A DNA stretch of 47,601 nucleotides from an uncultured Halobacteria archaeon. GTDB lineage: Archaea > Halobacteriota > Syntropharchaeia > Alkanophagales > Methanospirareceae. The position numbers and the translations under genes are program-made. The stretch lies in contig CAYNTR010000003.1 of NCBI GenBank assembly GCA_964400255.1, forward strand, positions 1 through 47,601, read 5' to 3'. Numbering within the stretch: position 1 is the first letter of the stretch; each line of letters begins with the position of its first letter. The notes beneath the pieces are model-generated. The model was not told the origin of the DNA. It did no database searches and saw only the letters and a list, made by a program, of their open reading frames with translations. Positions 27,212 to 36,669 of this stretch are shown here, piece after piece.

Positions 27212-28903
27212 ATGTTCCTCTCGTTTAAAAAGGAAGCGGCGCAGCTATTGCAGGAAGCATTGAATACGGCTTCGTACGACTATAAGGATTTGAAATTGGA
27301 TTTGGAAGAGAGCGACCATGCGGATCTCTCGTCCAGAATCGCGTTTTCGTTAGCGCGATCGTACAAAAAGCCTCCTGCAGCCATCTCTGCCGATATTGTA
27401 AAGCATATTGAGGTCCCTGCTGAACATACGTTAATAAAAGACATTGTTGCCGTCGGCCCTTATATTAACTTCTTTGTGAATGATTCCTTCTTGCACAAGA
27501 CCTTACAGGAGATAAAGGAAGGCCGAGCCGCTGAGAAAAAGAACGAGAAGATTATCCTCGAGCATACGTCGGCGAATCCTGACGGCCCCCTCCATATCGG
27601 GCATCTCAGAAATGCGGTTATTGGTGACGTGCTGGTACGGGTGTTAACGCGTGCGGGATACGAGGTGGAAACGCAGTATTATTTGAATGATATGGGGCGG
27701 CAAATAGCGGTGGTCGTTTGGGGCGCGGAACGAATTGCCTACGATGAAACAAAGAAAGCAGATCATGCCGTTGCTGACGTTTATATCGCGGCAAACCGGA
27801 TGCTGGAGAAGAATCCGGACTCTTTGAAAGAAGTAGAGGAACTCATGCGGAGATACGAAGCAGGCGATGCGGAAGTTTTACAGAAATACGATTCCGCGGT
27901 GGCTAAATGTCTTTCTGGCATCCAAACCTCTTTTGAACGATTGAATATCCAGCAGATTGTCTTCGTGTGGGAGAGTGAGTTTGCGAGAAGCGGAGCGGTA
28001 AAGGAGGTGATTGAGGAGTTAAAGCGCAAGGGAGATATTAAACGCGACGGCACTGCGCTTTTACTGCACCTTGAGGGCATTGAGAAAGAATTAGTAATAC
28101 AAAGGACCGACGGGACGTCGCTGTACACGACACGAGACCTCGCGTACCATCGCTGGAAGGGCATGAACTGTAACCGCATGATAGATGTGTTTGGTAAAGA
28201 CCACGAGTTGGTCTCTCAGCAACTGACAAAGGCGCTTGAGTTATTGTGCGTAAAAGCGCCGGAATTTGTCATATTTGCGTTCGTCTCGTTACCTTCAGGC
28301 TCGCTATCAACACGAGCGGGTCGATATATCGCGGCAGACGATCTTATGGATAAGATCGTGGAACGGGCGTATGAAGAGGTAGATAAGCGAAGGACCGATT
28401 TGGACGACGGTAAGAAGCATGAAATCGCACGCAAGGTGGGAATTGGCGCGTTACGATATGATATGGTGAAAGTATCGCCCGATAAGCATATCGTCTTTGA
28501 TTTTGATGAGGCGCTGGATATAGAAAAGAAGGGTGCGCCGTTTATTCAATATTCGCATGCACGCGCGTGCAGCATATTACGCGCGGCACAGGATCAAGGT
28601 CATGCGGTGAGTGCCGAGTACGATATCTCACTGCTAACGGAAACGAGCGAGATAGCATTGATAAAAAAGTTGTCTAAGTTTAATTATGTCATCGAAGAAG
28701 CAGCTACTGATTTGAAGACGCATCAGGTTGCGAAATATGCACGCGAACTCGCTGAAAGTTTCAATCTATTCTATAAAGATTGTCCGGTCTTAAATGCGGA
28801 TGCTGAGCTAAGAAAAGCGCGTTTAGCTCTCGTAGACTGTGCACGAATTGTGTTACGCGATGTGTTAGCGGTGCTCGGTATTGAAGCACCAAAGGAGATG
28901 TAA
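27212..28903 (+). CDS. argS: Arginine--tRNA ligase
   Basis: It has the class I HIGH motif (PLHIGHLRNAVIGD) and the C-terminal anticodon-binding DALR-type domain. The length is 563 aa. Confidence 0.9.
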   Translation: MFLSFKKEAAQLLQEALNTASYDYKDLKLDLEESDHADLSSRIAFSLARSYKKPPAAISADIVKHIEVPAEHTLIKDIVAVGPYINFFVNDSFLHKTLQEIKEGRAAEKKNEKIILEHTSANPDGPLHIGHLRNAVIGDVLVRVLTRAGYEVETQYYLNDMGRQIAVVVWGAERIAYDETKKADHAVADVYIAANRMLEKNPDSLKEVEELMRRYEAGDAEVLQKYDSAVAKCLSGIQTSFERLNIQQIVFVWESEFARSGAVKEVIEELKRKGDIKRDGTALLLHLEGIEKELVIQRTDGTSLYTTRDLAYHRWKGMNCNRMIDVFGKDHELVSQQLTKALELLCVKAPEFVIFAFVSLPSGSLSTRAGRYIAADDLMDKIVERAYEEVDKRRTDLDDGKKHEIARKVGIGALRYDMVKVSPDKHIVFDFDEALDIEKKGAPFIQYSHARACSILRAAQDQGHAVSAEYDISLLTETSEIALIKKLSKFNYVIEEAATDLKTHQVAKYARELAESFNLFYKDCPVLNADAELRKARLALVDCARIVLRDVLAVLGIEAPKEM

Positions 28904-28944
28904 CACACTTTCTTTCTATAAGAAAGAACCTGTACTAAGAAAGA
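28904..28944 (+). repeat. Copy B of the dispersed 41-nt gene-3'-end element
   Basis: cacactttctttctataagaaagaacctgtActaagaaaga begins immediately after the argS stop. It is followed by a second hairpin, AAGAGT-TCC-ACTCTT, and a T-run. Confidence 0.85.
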
Positions 28945-28991
28945 GTTCCACTCTTTTTTGAGAAAAAAGAAAAACTGTCCTACAAAAAGGT

Positions 28992-29378
28992 TTAGTGGAG
29001 TTGATCTACTAGTTGTTCGAGTTTGGTGAGCTCGCGTTTACGGAACCCGACAAACAGACCAGAGAATTTACCGCCGACACACGTTTTCGTTTTCTCGCCT
29101 TTTGGAAGCACGCTGTTAAGTAACGAACAGATAACTTTCACCATATCGCCCGTTCCCGTTCTAATCAATATCCCGTTCTCAATCCCGATGATCCAGAAGA
29201 AGGCGCGTGTTTTCGGTGGTATTAAATTAACCAGCGAGGGATGCTCGATATCGAGGTGCGTCACGGTCGCTCTTGCGAATCCTTTGAGATGAATACAAAC
29301 CTGTGCGTCGACTAACTCGACATCGTTCAGGTACACCTGCGCATCTAAGAGGAGTTTGCCTTCTGCTGATGCGGTCAT
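28992..29378 (-). CDS. Hypothetical 128-aa soluble protein, translationally coupled to the upstream membrane protein
   Basis: Its ATG overlaps the stop of the 29375-30823 gene as ATGA. I recognise no motif. Confidence 0.5.
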   Translation of the reverse strand: MTASAEGKLLLDAQVYLNDVELVDAQVCIHLKGFARATVTHLDIEHPSLVNLIPPKTRAFFWIIGIENGILIRTGTGDMVKVICSLLNSVLPKGEKTKTCVGGKFSGLFVGFRKRELTKLEQLVDQLH

Positions 29379-30823
29379 ATTTGTTGCTTGACTCGTCTTT
29401 TTTCCAGTTCTTGTTCGTAGAGTCCCATAAATTTTTGAAAGGAGTCACGATTTCTTCCTTCTAGTTTAGATCCATATTGCTGAAGCTCAGTTCTGACAAT
29501 TTCTTCGTTAAAACGTGTCAACTTTGCAAGACACCTTGCCAATGATTCTGCCAATTTTACGAATCCTCTATCTACAGCAATTATTCCCTCATTATAGAAA
29601 AACCGGGCTACTACCGTTATCCTCCCGCCAGCTCTGTCTCTTGCAATACCAATTCCAACCAATCCAAGATATCCTACTGCTTTGCTCGCTGTACGTTCAA
29701 CAGATTGGTCCATAGCATCTTTAGCAGCCAATGCAAGATGGCGAGCTACCTCTATTGCTGCACTTACAGCACCCTTCTCGTTAGCAGTTTTTCCAATTTC
29801 TCCAAGAGATTCTACGGCAGTTGTTGCTACATTTTCGGCTCTTTTTTCCAAAGCATTCGTCTCAATTAATTTAAGAGACCATGCTACAGTGTTAACTGCA
29901 TCCACGATTCGTTTTTCAGCCAGTGATTTTCCAAACTTTTCCAAATTCTTAATAACTTCTATGGCGGATTCTTCGTCACCTCTGCTTATAGCCAATCTAC
30001 CAACTCGTTCTAAATGTTTACAAAAGGATCTTGTAATTTTATTTTTGTCGTCAGTTTCAATAATTTCAATAATCCGCTCAGTTACTGCTTCTAATCCTAC
30101 TCGTGTCGTCGCAATGTCATATTTCATGATGGAGCCGTGCACGATGTCGATTATAGGCTGAATTGGATCTTTTGAGCTAAGAAATACCTTTTTGGTTATA
30201 TCCGCAGTCAATCGGTTAATAATATTTTCTGGCTTCAAAAGATCTAAGATATTCCCAATATATGGAACTAAAATAACAAACGTGAATGCCCCAAGCCAAT
30301 ACGCAATCGAAACGCCGTGCTCAAATGAAAGAATAGGGTAAAAAGAAGACCAAATTTTGGTTTGATTTACAAAATCGCTTTCTTTTCCCACCGCCATCTT
30401 CAATAGAAATAATCCGTAGAATATTGAAAACCCGTAAAAACCTATAAGTATCCACAAATCAGGATTTTTCTTTGGACTTTTGAAAATATCAATTACTCGT
30501 GGCGAATACGCCGACGCGGTAAGCTGAACAGCAATCAAGGTCAATGATACGACGATGGCAATGATTGCCGCTTGGCTCTGAACGAGCGCACTGAGTAAAT
30601 ATCTCGCGCTCGTGGCTTCTGTTTGGAAAAGATCAAAGTGATTGAATATGAGAGCAAAAACTACAGACCACAACACAAGAAAAAGCAGATATACCAAAAT
30701 ACGTTTAGCCCAGAGTTTTTCTTCGTAGATCAACCACCAATCACACGCTTTCTTTTCTAGATCACGCACTTTGTTCTTTAGAGATTTAAAAGACCAAGTA
30801 GAATCCTCTTTTGCATCTTGCAT
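29375..30823 (-). CDS. DUF2254-like membrane protein with a C-terminal alpha-helical repeat domain
   Basis: The N-terminal half has ~5 TM helices and includes LLSALVQSQAAIIAIVVSLTLIAVQLTASAYSPRVIDIF, which resembles the DUF2254 signature as I recall it. The C-terminal ~220 aa look like HEAT-like helical repeats. Confidence 0.55.
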   Translation of the reverse strand: MQDAKEDSTWSFKSLKNKVRDLEKKACDWWLIYEEKLWAKRILVYLLFLVLWSVVFALIFNHFDLFQTEATSARYLLSALVQSQAAIIAIVVSLTLIAVQLTASAYSPRVIDIFKSPKKNPDLWILIGFYGFSIFYGLFLLKMAVGKESDFVNQTKIWSSFYPILSFEHGVSIAYWLGAFTFVILVPYIGNILDLLKPENIINRLTADITKKVFLSSKDPIQPIIDIVHGSIMKYDIATTRVGLEAVTERIIEIIETDDKNKITRSFCKHLERVGRLAISRGDEESAIEVIKNLEKFGKSLAEKRIVDAVNTVAWSLKLIETNALEKRAENVATTAVESLGEIGKTANEKGAVSAAIEVARHLALAAKDAMDQSVERTASKAVGYLGLVGIGIARDRAGGRITVVARFFYNEGIIAVDRGFVKLAESLARCLAKLTRFNEEIVRTELQQYGSKLEGRNRDSFQKFMGLYEQELEKRRVKQQI

Positions 30824-30883
30824 ATGAACACTAATCTCATAAGTATTATTTAAATCTTACTACGATTTGACGCGTCTGAAAGT

Positions 30884-31240
30884 CTAACCCTGCACCACAC
30901 CCGTAAGCCGATTCGTGTACACGAGCGCGAATGCAAGAACGGTGAATATCGCAACGCCGATCAACAGCGCTTTGTTCGTCCCGATCCGTGGACTCAGCCA
31001 GATAACCGAGAGGGCATACGGTATCCAGATGAATATGGAGAGCAGGCATGATTTTGCCGTTGCGGCAACCGCTGCATCGCCTGCAGCTTGCCCGATGAAG
31101 TAAAAGGAGACGAGCGTAATGCCCGGGAATATCGCTACGATGCCCGCAAGCAAGGGATGCCCGCGCTCCGCCAGCACGGTTACCACCGTTACCACGAATC
31201 CGCCAACCATGAAATATAACACATATCGCCACATATCCAT
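30884..31240 (-). CDS. Small 4-TM membrane protein (GlpM-like)
   Basis: 118 aa and almost entirely hydrophobic. I set the start at ATG 31240 (MDMWRYVLYF...), because the longer track ORF runs into hairpin-rich intergenic DNA. Confidence 0.5.
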   Translation of the reverse strand: MDMWRYVLYFMVGGFVVTVVTVLAERGHPLLAGIVAIFPGITLVSFYFIGQAAGDAAVAATAKSCLLSIFIWIPYALSVIWLSPRIGTNKALLIGVAIFTVLAFALVYTNRLTGVVQG

Positions 31241-31342
31241 TTTTTGTAATGAACACTTACAAAAAAGAGTTGTACTCTTTCTTAAATAAGGGGCCAGACC
31301 CACCAAACTTTCTTAGAAAGAAAGTTGGATCAAAGAACCCCC

Positions 31343-31433
31343 GTTTTTGGATCAAACCTTTTTTAAAGGTTTGTCTTATCAACCCTCCCGACCCGAAAAC
31401 AAGTTTTTGATCAAACTTTTCGTAAAAGTTTGA
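31343..31433. promoter_or_regulatory. Two copies of a 31-nt unit (GTTTTTG(G)ATCAAAC plus hairpin) in a divergent intergenic region
   Basis: The units are 31343-31373 (stem CAAACCTTT/AAAGGTTTG) and 31403-31433 (stem TCAAACTTTT/AAAAGTTTGA). A third GGATCAAAG lies at ~31327. Confidence 0.5.
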
Positions 31434-31474
31434 AAGAAAGTGATTTATGGGGGTGCAGCGACTATCTATACCTT

Positions 31475-31726
31475 ATGAATCGTGAAGAAGCTCAAGCGCG
31501 GGCACGTGCACTGCTCAATGTGATTGAAACCATGTACGATATAAAAATTGTGAATATAGGAGATGTCATCGAGACAATAACCGCAAGAACATGCGATGAG
31601 CGTAAGATATTAGCGGTTTGTACCACGTTAAACACCTGGGTCGCGATAAATAATGAAGCGCTCAGCAGAGAGGTCATGATACCGCTGGACGTCGTGCAGG
31701 GCTTAGCAGAAAGGCATAAAGATTGA
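31475..31726 (+). CDS. Hypothetical 83-aa protein
   Basis: The ORF track begins at TTG 31430, inside a hairpin, so I prefer ATG 31475 (MNREEAQARARALL...). I recognise no family. Confidence 0.4.
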   Translation: MNREEAQARARALLNVIETMYDIKIVNIGDVIETITARTCDERKILAVCTTLNTWVAINNEALSREVMIPLDVVQGLAERHKD

Positions 31727-31834
31727 AAATCAGCTCTACTTCAGTTGGTTCTCTAACAACTGATTATCGAATAATTTCTCCTAAACGTTTTTCTTATTCT
31801 AATTCCAAAAAGCTAACGGGTGGGTTAGTGTACC

Positions 31835-33097
31835 ATGGCGACGATAGCGGAAAAGATACTGGGTGAGAAAGCAGGGAAACCGAACGCTGCAAGTGCCGGT
31901 GAGATCGTTGAATGCGAGGTAGATTACATCATGGTGAATGACATAACGGGCGTGCCTGCGTTCGAAGTCCTCGATGAGCTTGCACGTGAGCACGAGATTA
32001 AACGGGATAGAGTGGTTGTGGTACAGGACCACTACGTGCCCAACAAGGATGTAGCCTCTGCGGAGCAGGCGAAAGCGTTGCGGCAATATGCTCAGCGCTA
32101 CGGCGTCGAGCACTATTATGAGATAGGGCGAGGGGGCGTATGCCATCAGGTAATGATCGAGGACGGATTTGCTGCACCGGGACGGTTAATTATCGGTGCC
32201 GATTCACATACCTGCTCGTACGGTGCATTAGGCGCGTTTTCCACGGGCGTGGGCTCGACCGAAGCAGCGGCAGCAATGGCTACGGGTCGACTTTGGTTCA
32301 AGGTTCCGGAGACGCAGAAGTTTGTCGTTAACGGCGCGTTACAGCCGTACGTCATGGGGAAAGATATCATTTTACATATCATTGGCGATATCGGTGTCTC
32401 CGGTTCGCTCTACAAAGCGCAGGAGTATTACGGGACCGCAATCGAACAGTTGAGCCTCTCTGATCGGATCACCATAGCGAACATGGCGATCGAAGCAGGT
32501 GGCAAAGCAGGCATTATTCCACCTGACGAGAAGGTCTTCGAGTTCCTGAACGGACGCGTACGTGGAGAGTACAAACCGGTATACGCCGATGGCAATGACG
32601 CGGACTACGAGGACGTTTTTGCTTACGATGCCGCAGAGATCCCCCCAACCGTGGCAAAACCCTTCCTACCCGAGAATACCGCGCCTGCACGCGAAGTGGA
32701 CGTTCGTATCGACCAGGCGTATCTCGGCTCGTGCACCAATGGTCGGATCGAGGATTTACGGGTTGCCGCAGAGCTGTTACGAGGTAAAAAGGTACATCCT
32801 GATGTCCGGATGATTGTCGTGCCTGCAAGTGAAAAGGTGTTCCAGCAGGCAATCGAAGAAGGATTGATCCAAACGTTCCTCAATGCCGGGGCTTTCGTAT
32901 GTGGGGCCACCTGTGGCGCATGTTTGGGCGGGCACATGGGCGTGCTTGCGCAAGGAGAACGATGCGTCAGTACAACGAACCGCAACTTCATTGGACGAAT
33001 GGGCCATAAGGATTCCGAAGTGTATTTGGCGAATCCTGCAGTTGTTGCAGCCTCTGCCATTACCGGACGGATCACCGACCCCACTGAGTTGGCGTAA
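31835..33097 (+). CDS. leuC: Aconitase-family dehydratase large subunit (3-isopropylmalate / homoaconitate dehydratase, LeuC/HacA type)
   Basis: 420 aa with GADSHT and YLGSCTNGR plus the Fe-S cluster Cys ligands. LeuC and HacA cannot be told apart by eye. Confidence 0.85.
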   Translation: MATIAEKILGEKAGKPNAASAGEIVECEVDYIMVNDITGVPAFEVLDELAREHEIKRDRVVVVQDHYVPNKDVASAEQAKALRQYAQRYGVEHYYEIGRGGVCHQVMIEDGFAAPGRLIIGADSHTCSYGALGAFSTGVGSTEAAAAMATGRLWFKVPETQKFVVNGALQPYVMGKDIILHIIGDIGVSGSLYKAQEYYGTAIEQLSLSDRITIANMAIEAGGKAGIIPPDEKVFEFLNGRVRGEYKPVYADGNDADYEDVFAYDAAEIPPTVAKPFLPENTAPAREVDVRIDQAYLGSCTNGRIEDLRVAAELLRGKKVHPDVRMIVVPASEKVFQQAIEEGLIQTFLNAGAFVCGATCGACLGGHMGVLAQGERCVSTTNRNFIGRMGHKDSEVYLANPAVVAASAITGRITDPTELA

Positions 33098-33155
33098 CCA
33101 CAAGGCTTAAATAGCGTAAAGAAGAATTGATAATGCAAATCGAAGAGGTGAAATC

Positions 33156-33641
33156 ATGAACAAAATAAACTATGCACCGGTATTCTTTACCGCTGTTGTG
33201 GTGATTGCTGTCTTCGCAGGGCTTGTTCCTTCGGTAGTGGGAACAAACGGAGGATCCGCGCTCTTTGAAGAACTCAAACCCATGGTGGACGTATACAACC
33301 AAAATATTGAGAATATCCCGGTAATAAAGAGTTTCATCGGCGAAGAGCGTATACACGGTGAAATTGCGCTTAACGAAGGGACCGTACTCATCCTTGGTAT
33401 TACGACCGACGCAAACGCAAAAGTCACAGGCCTCCAAGAAGGCGCGATCTCCGATCCGACGATTCGGGCATATACCGACGAAAACACCGTTCGTCCCATA
33501 ATAACTGCCGCCGATCCCATTGCCGCATTTCAAGATGCGTTGACCAGCGGGGCTATAAGATACGAGGGTGTAACATTTGGTGACAAACTAAAGGTCGGCG
33601 TTATGAAGGTTGCGCTAAAGATCGCGGGATTCTTCATGTAA
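33156..33641 (+). CDS. Membrane-anchored/secreted protein with an SCP2-like domain
   Basis: An N-terminal signal-anchor helix is followed by a pattern that resembles SCP2 (ADPIAAFQDALTSGAIRYEGVTFGDKLK...). The assignment is weak. Confidence 0.4.
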   Translation: MNKINYAPVFFTAVVVIAVFAGLVPSVVGTNGGSALFEELKPMVDVYNQNIENIPVIKSFIGEERIHGEIALNEGTVLILGITTDANAKVTGLQEGAISDPTIRAYTDENTVRPIITAADPIAAFQDALTSGAIRYEGVTFGDKLKVGVMKVALKIAGFFM

Positions 33642-33801
33642 TGTGACGATAGCTGCACCACCATGTTGACGTACTCAAAAGAGCAAACGTAAGCAGAGCA
33701 CGCTCGCGTCAAAACATATGATACCCCCGACAATATATGCATAAAGGAACGAACGGATAAAATCGGAAGTTTTAAGTTTTCCGTATGAGCACGCTCTTAA
33801 T

Positions 33802-34317
33802 ATGAGTGAAAAGCTCCTCAGAGCGGTCATACCTATAATTCCACTACTAATAATCATCGGTTGCGTTGGCGCAGCATTTGCAGCACATGGATGGGACGTG
33901 CAAGCCATGATCCTTGGCGAAAAACCACTAAAAGCGCTGGAAAGGCTCATACCTGCTGAAAGCGATACAGAACGAGAACTTTTGGAAGTTACCGATTTAC
34001 AACGCGCTGAGGATGGTAACAAGGTTGTTCTTGCCGCAGTGTTTCATTCGCCCTTAAACATGCCCGTAACGATAAAAGAGTTGTCGACTGAATTCATTTT
34101 GGAGGGGAGTCCCGTTACTGTACGCTTAGCTGATGAAGTAGAAGTCCCTCCACAAGGTTCAGCGAGCTTGGAACTGGAAGGATCGCTTTCAGAGGCTCAG
34201 GCTTCGCTAACATTGCCGCCCGCAGAAACGATCACACTTCGCAACCTGAAGATGACCGTGGACATTGACGGAATAGAACTGACGCTGGAGGAAGAGAAGC
34301 TAGGAGGTGCGGGGTAA
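33802..34317 (+). CDS. Hypothetical N-terminally anchored protein with a beta-rich ectodomain
   Basis: 171 aa with one N-terminal TM helix. Its stop overlaps the next gene's ATG (TAATG). Confidence 0.5.
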   Translation: MSEKLLRAVIPIIPLLIIIGCVGAAFAAHGWDVQAMILGEKPLKALERLIPAESDTERELLEVTDLQRAEDGNKVVLAAVFHSPLNMPVTIKELSTEFILEGSPVTVRLADEVEVPPQGSASLELEGSLSEAQASLTLPPAETITLRNLKMTVDIDGIELTLEEEKLGGAG

Positions 34318-34907
34318 TGTCTGATGAGTTTATGGCATCAAGTGCGTTGCGTCGGATAAATTGGCCGGGCTTCATTGCCGGTGCGTTCATCATTACGTTG
34401 CCCTTTCTGGGGACGTGGTGGCGATTCATGCTGGGCACTGGTGCATTCATCGTGGCGGTCTCACCGTTCGGCGTACAATTCAGCATCTTCGGCGAGACCG
34501 TCAATTCGCCACTCCTCCAGTGGCTCGGGCTCGGGCTTAAACTCAGTGTGGTGTATCTTGGTTCCCTTCTCGTCGCAGGTTCACTACTCTCCGTTTCAAA
34601 TCGCCGTAATGCACTTGCAGACCTGCTCGTACGCTTCAGCGCCCGAAAGTTGTTATGGCTGGTCATTCTTTTCGTCGCTGGATTGCTCATTTTCATTCTG
34701 CTCGTGAATCAGCTTCCCGGAATGTTTGGCGTTCCAATCCAGCTCCAGCTACCCTACCTCATGGGTACCTGCTCGTTCACTACCGGAACCGAAGGCTTGA
34801 GTCTCACAATTCCAATCTTTATGGGTTTTACGGATGCATTTGCCGTCGCGGTTATTGCTGCTGTTTTGGGATTCGTGGCGTTGGCGTACCAGAAAAAGCT
34901 TTTATAA
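34317..34907 (+). CDS. Hypothetical polytopic membrane protein (196 aa)
   Basis: It has about five hydrophobic helices and is coupled to the upstream gene. Confidence 0.5.
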   Translation: MSDEFMASSALRRINWPGFIAGAFIITLPFLGTWWRFMLGTGAFIVAVSPFGVQFSIFGETVNSPLLQWLGLGLKLSVVYLGSLLVAGSLLSVSNRRNALADLLVRFSARKLLWLVILFVAGLLIFILLVNQLPGMFGVPIQLQLPYLMGTCSFTTGTEGLSLTIPIFMGFTDAFAVAVIAAVLGFVALAYQKKLL

Positions 34908-34957
34908 ACCGAGGAGATACCTACAATCCTGACCCCTCTGACGGCAGACTACCAACC

Positions 34958-35437
34958 ATGAAAATATGGAAGTTTGGTGATAATGTGGATACCGATCAGA
35001 TCATTCCTGCAGAATATCTGACTACGGGAGACGCGAAGAAACTCGCCGCTCATGCTTTCGAGAAGGTGCGACCAGAATTCGCGAAAGAAGTGCGGAAAGG
35101 CGATGTCATTGTAGCAGCTGAAAATTTCGGCTGTGGCAGTTCTCGGGAGCATGCACCCCGCGCACTACTCGGAGCAGGTATACAGTGCGTGATCGCAAAG
35201 AGCTTTGCGAGAATCTTCTTCCGGAATGCGATCAATATCGGACTGCCGGTAATCGAAGCTGACGCCGTTGACACGATCGATGAAGGCGATGAAATAGAAA
35301 TACGCTTTGAGGACGGCATAATAGAGAATCGGACAAAAAAAGAGGAATATCACTTTCACCCGCTGCCAGAATTTATGCAACGGCTCTTGGCGAGTGGAGG
35401 TTTAATCAACTACATAAAAGAAAGCAGAAAGGGTTGA
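34958..35437 (+). CDS. leuD: Aconitase-family dehydratase small subunit (LeuD/HacB type)
   Basis: [21 protein letters not shown]...[10 protein letters not shown] is the LeuD signature. The track ORF 34655-35437 carries a spurious 5' extension that overlaps the previous gene. Confidence 0.85.
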   Translation: MKIWKFGDNVDTDQIIPAEYLTTGDAKKLAAHAFEKVRPEFAKEVRKGDVIVAAENFGCGSSREHAPRALLGAGIQCVIAKSFARIFFRNAINIGLPVIEADAVDTIDEGDEIEIRFEDGIIENRTKKEEYHFHPLPEFMQRLLASGGLINYIKESRKG

Positions 35438-35651
35438 ACCACACCGTACCAATCAGCTTGCTCCACCTTCACAATTGCTCGTATACGCGCACGAACTTCT
35501 CGTTTGCTGGCATGCTCCAGTATCTTTTGCTGCCTTTACCTTTAGAGCTGTTCTAATTCTTGCTTTGTTAAACGGGTTATCATGGACAGGGAAATTCCCT
35601 TAAACGAGGTACTCTTATTTATTCTAACGCGTACAATAACTTCAGCACATA

Positions 35652-36659
35652 ATGATACAAGCAGGCATAATAGGGGGAACTGGATACACCGGTCTGGATC
35701 TAATTCGACTGCTGGTGATGCATCCGGGGGTAACCCTATTGATTGTAACGTCCAGAAGATACAAAGGGAAGAAGGTAAGCGAGGTGAATCCGCACCTGTC
35801 CCCGTTTATCGAGCTCGAGTACGAAGATGTTGATACCAAAGAGATCGCAGACAGAAGTGATGTCGTTTTTGTCGCCACCCCGCACGGAAGTGCCATGGAT
35901 TACGTGCCAGCGTTACTGGATGGGGGCGCGCGAGTAATCGATCTGAGCGCGGACTATCGACTGAGCAGAGCAGAGTTTGAACGGGTGTACAAGCGCGTGC
36001 ATACAGACAAAGAAGAGCGGGACGCGGTATACGGGCTGACTGAATTGCATCCTGAGGTCGTGGATGCGACGTTAGTGGCAAATCCCGGATGTTATCCGAC
36101 GGGGGCCATACTCGCGGTTGCACCGCTGGTGAAAGCCGGAATGGTGAGACAGGTCGTATTTGATTCCAAATCAGGCATATCAGGTGCCGGAGCCGAGCCG
36201 ACCGAGACCTCGCATTTCCCTAACCTCGCGGAGAATATAATTCCATATCAAGTAACAGCGCACCGACACGTGGCGGAAATGAGACAGGAGTTACAGGTGG
36301 ATGTGCACTTCACACCCCATGTCATACCAACCATACGCGGTATACTGACGACAGCACACGTCTTCTTGAACGAACATGTAAAGAAAACGCATGAAGAAGT
36401 CGAAGAACTATACACGCAGTTTTATGCGGGCAAACGGTTTATAAGACTCAGAAAAGGCGTGCCGTCGTTGAGTTCCGTACGAGGCACGAACTTCTGCGAT
36501 ATTAGCTTTGAAATAGAAGAGGGGAGCGATCGGATAGTAGTGATGTCGACCATTGACAACCTCGTTAAAGGTGGCTCCGGACAGGCGATACAGAATATGA
36601 ATACAATGTTCAGCTTAAATGAAGCGGATGGATTGTGGTTCCCCGGATTGGTGCCGTGA
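35652..36659 (+). CDS. argC: N-acetyl-gamma-glutamyl-phosphate reductase
   Basis: It has GGTGYTGLDLIRLL as the NAD(P)-binding motif and NPGCYPT as the active-site Cys motif. The length is 335 aa. Confidence 0.9.
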   Translation: MIQAGIIGGTGYTGLDLIRLLVMHPGVTLLIVTSRRYKGKKVSEVNPHLSPFIELEYEDVDTKEIADRSDVVFVATPHGSAMDYVPALLDGGARVIDLSADYRLSRAEFERVYKRVHTDKEERDAVYGLTELHPEVVDATLVANPGCYPTGAILAVAPLVKAGMVRQVVFDSKSGISGAGAEPTETSHFPNLAENIIPYQVTAHRHVAEMRQELQVDVHFTPHVIPTIRGILTTAHVFLNEHVKKTHEEVEELYTQFYAGKRFIRLRKGVPSLSSVRGTNFCDISFEIEEGSDRIVVMSTIDNLVKGGSGQAIQNMNTMFSLNEADGLWFPGLVP

Positions 36660-36669
36660 ATGAGGAGGT

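Noticed and set aside
31343-31433. Repeated 31-nt units, considered as a mini-CRISPR array
   Set aside because: There are only two full units, they differ from each other, the 29-nt spacer-like gap is part of a larger hairpin-rich promoter region, and no cas genes are present. I report it as a regulatory repeat instead.
34655-34957. 5' extension of the leuD-type ORF, which gives 260 aa in the ORF track
   Set aside because: The extension overlaps the preceding membrane-protein gene in another frame and translates to Arg/His-rich nonsense. The canonical LeuD N-terminus [17 protein letters not shown] begins at ATG 34958.
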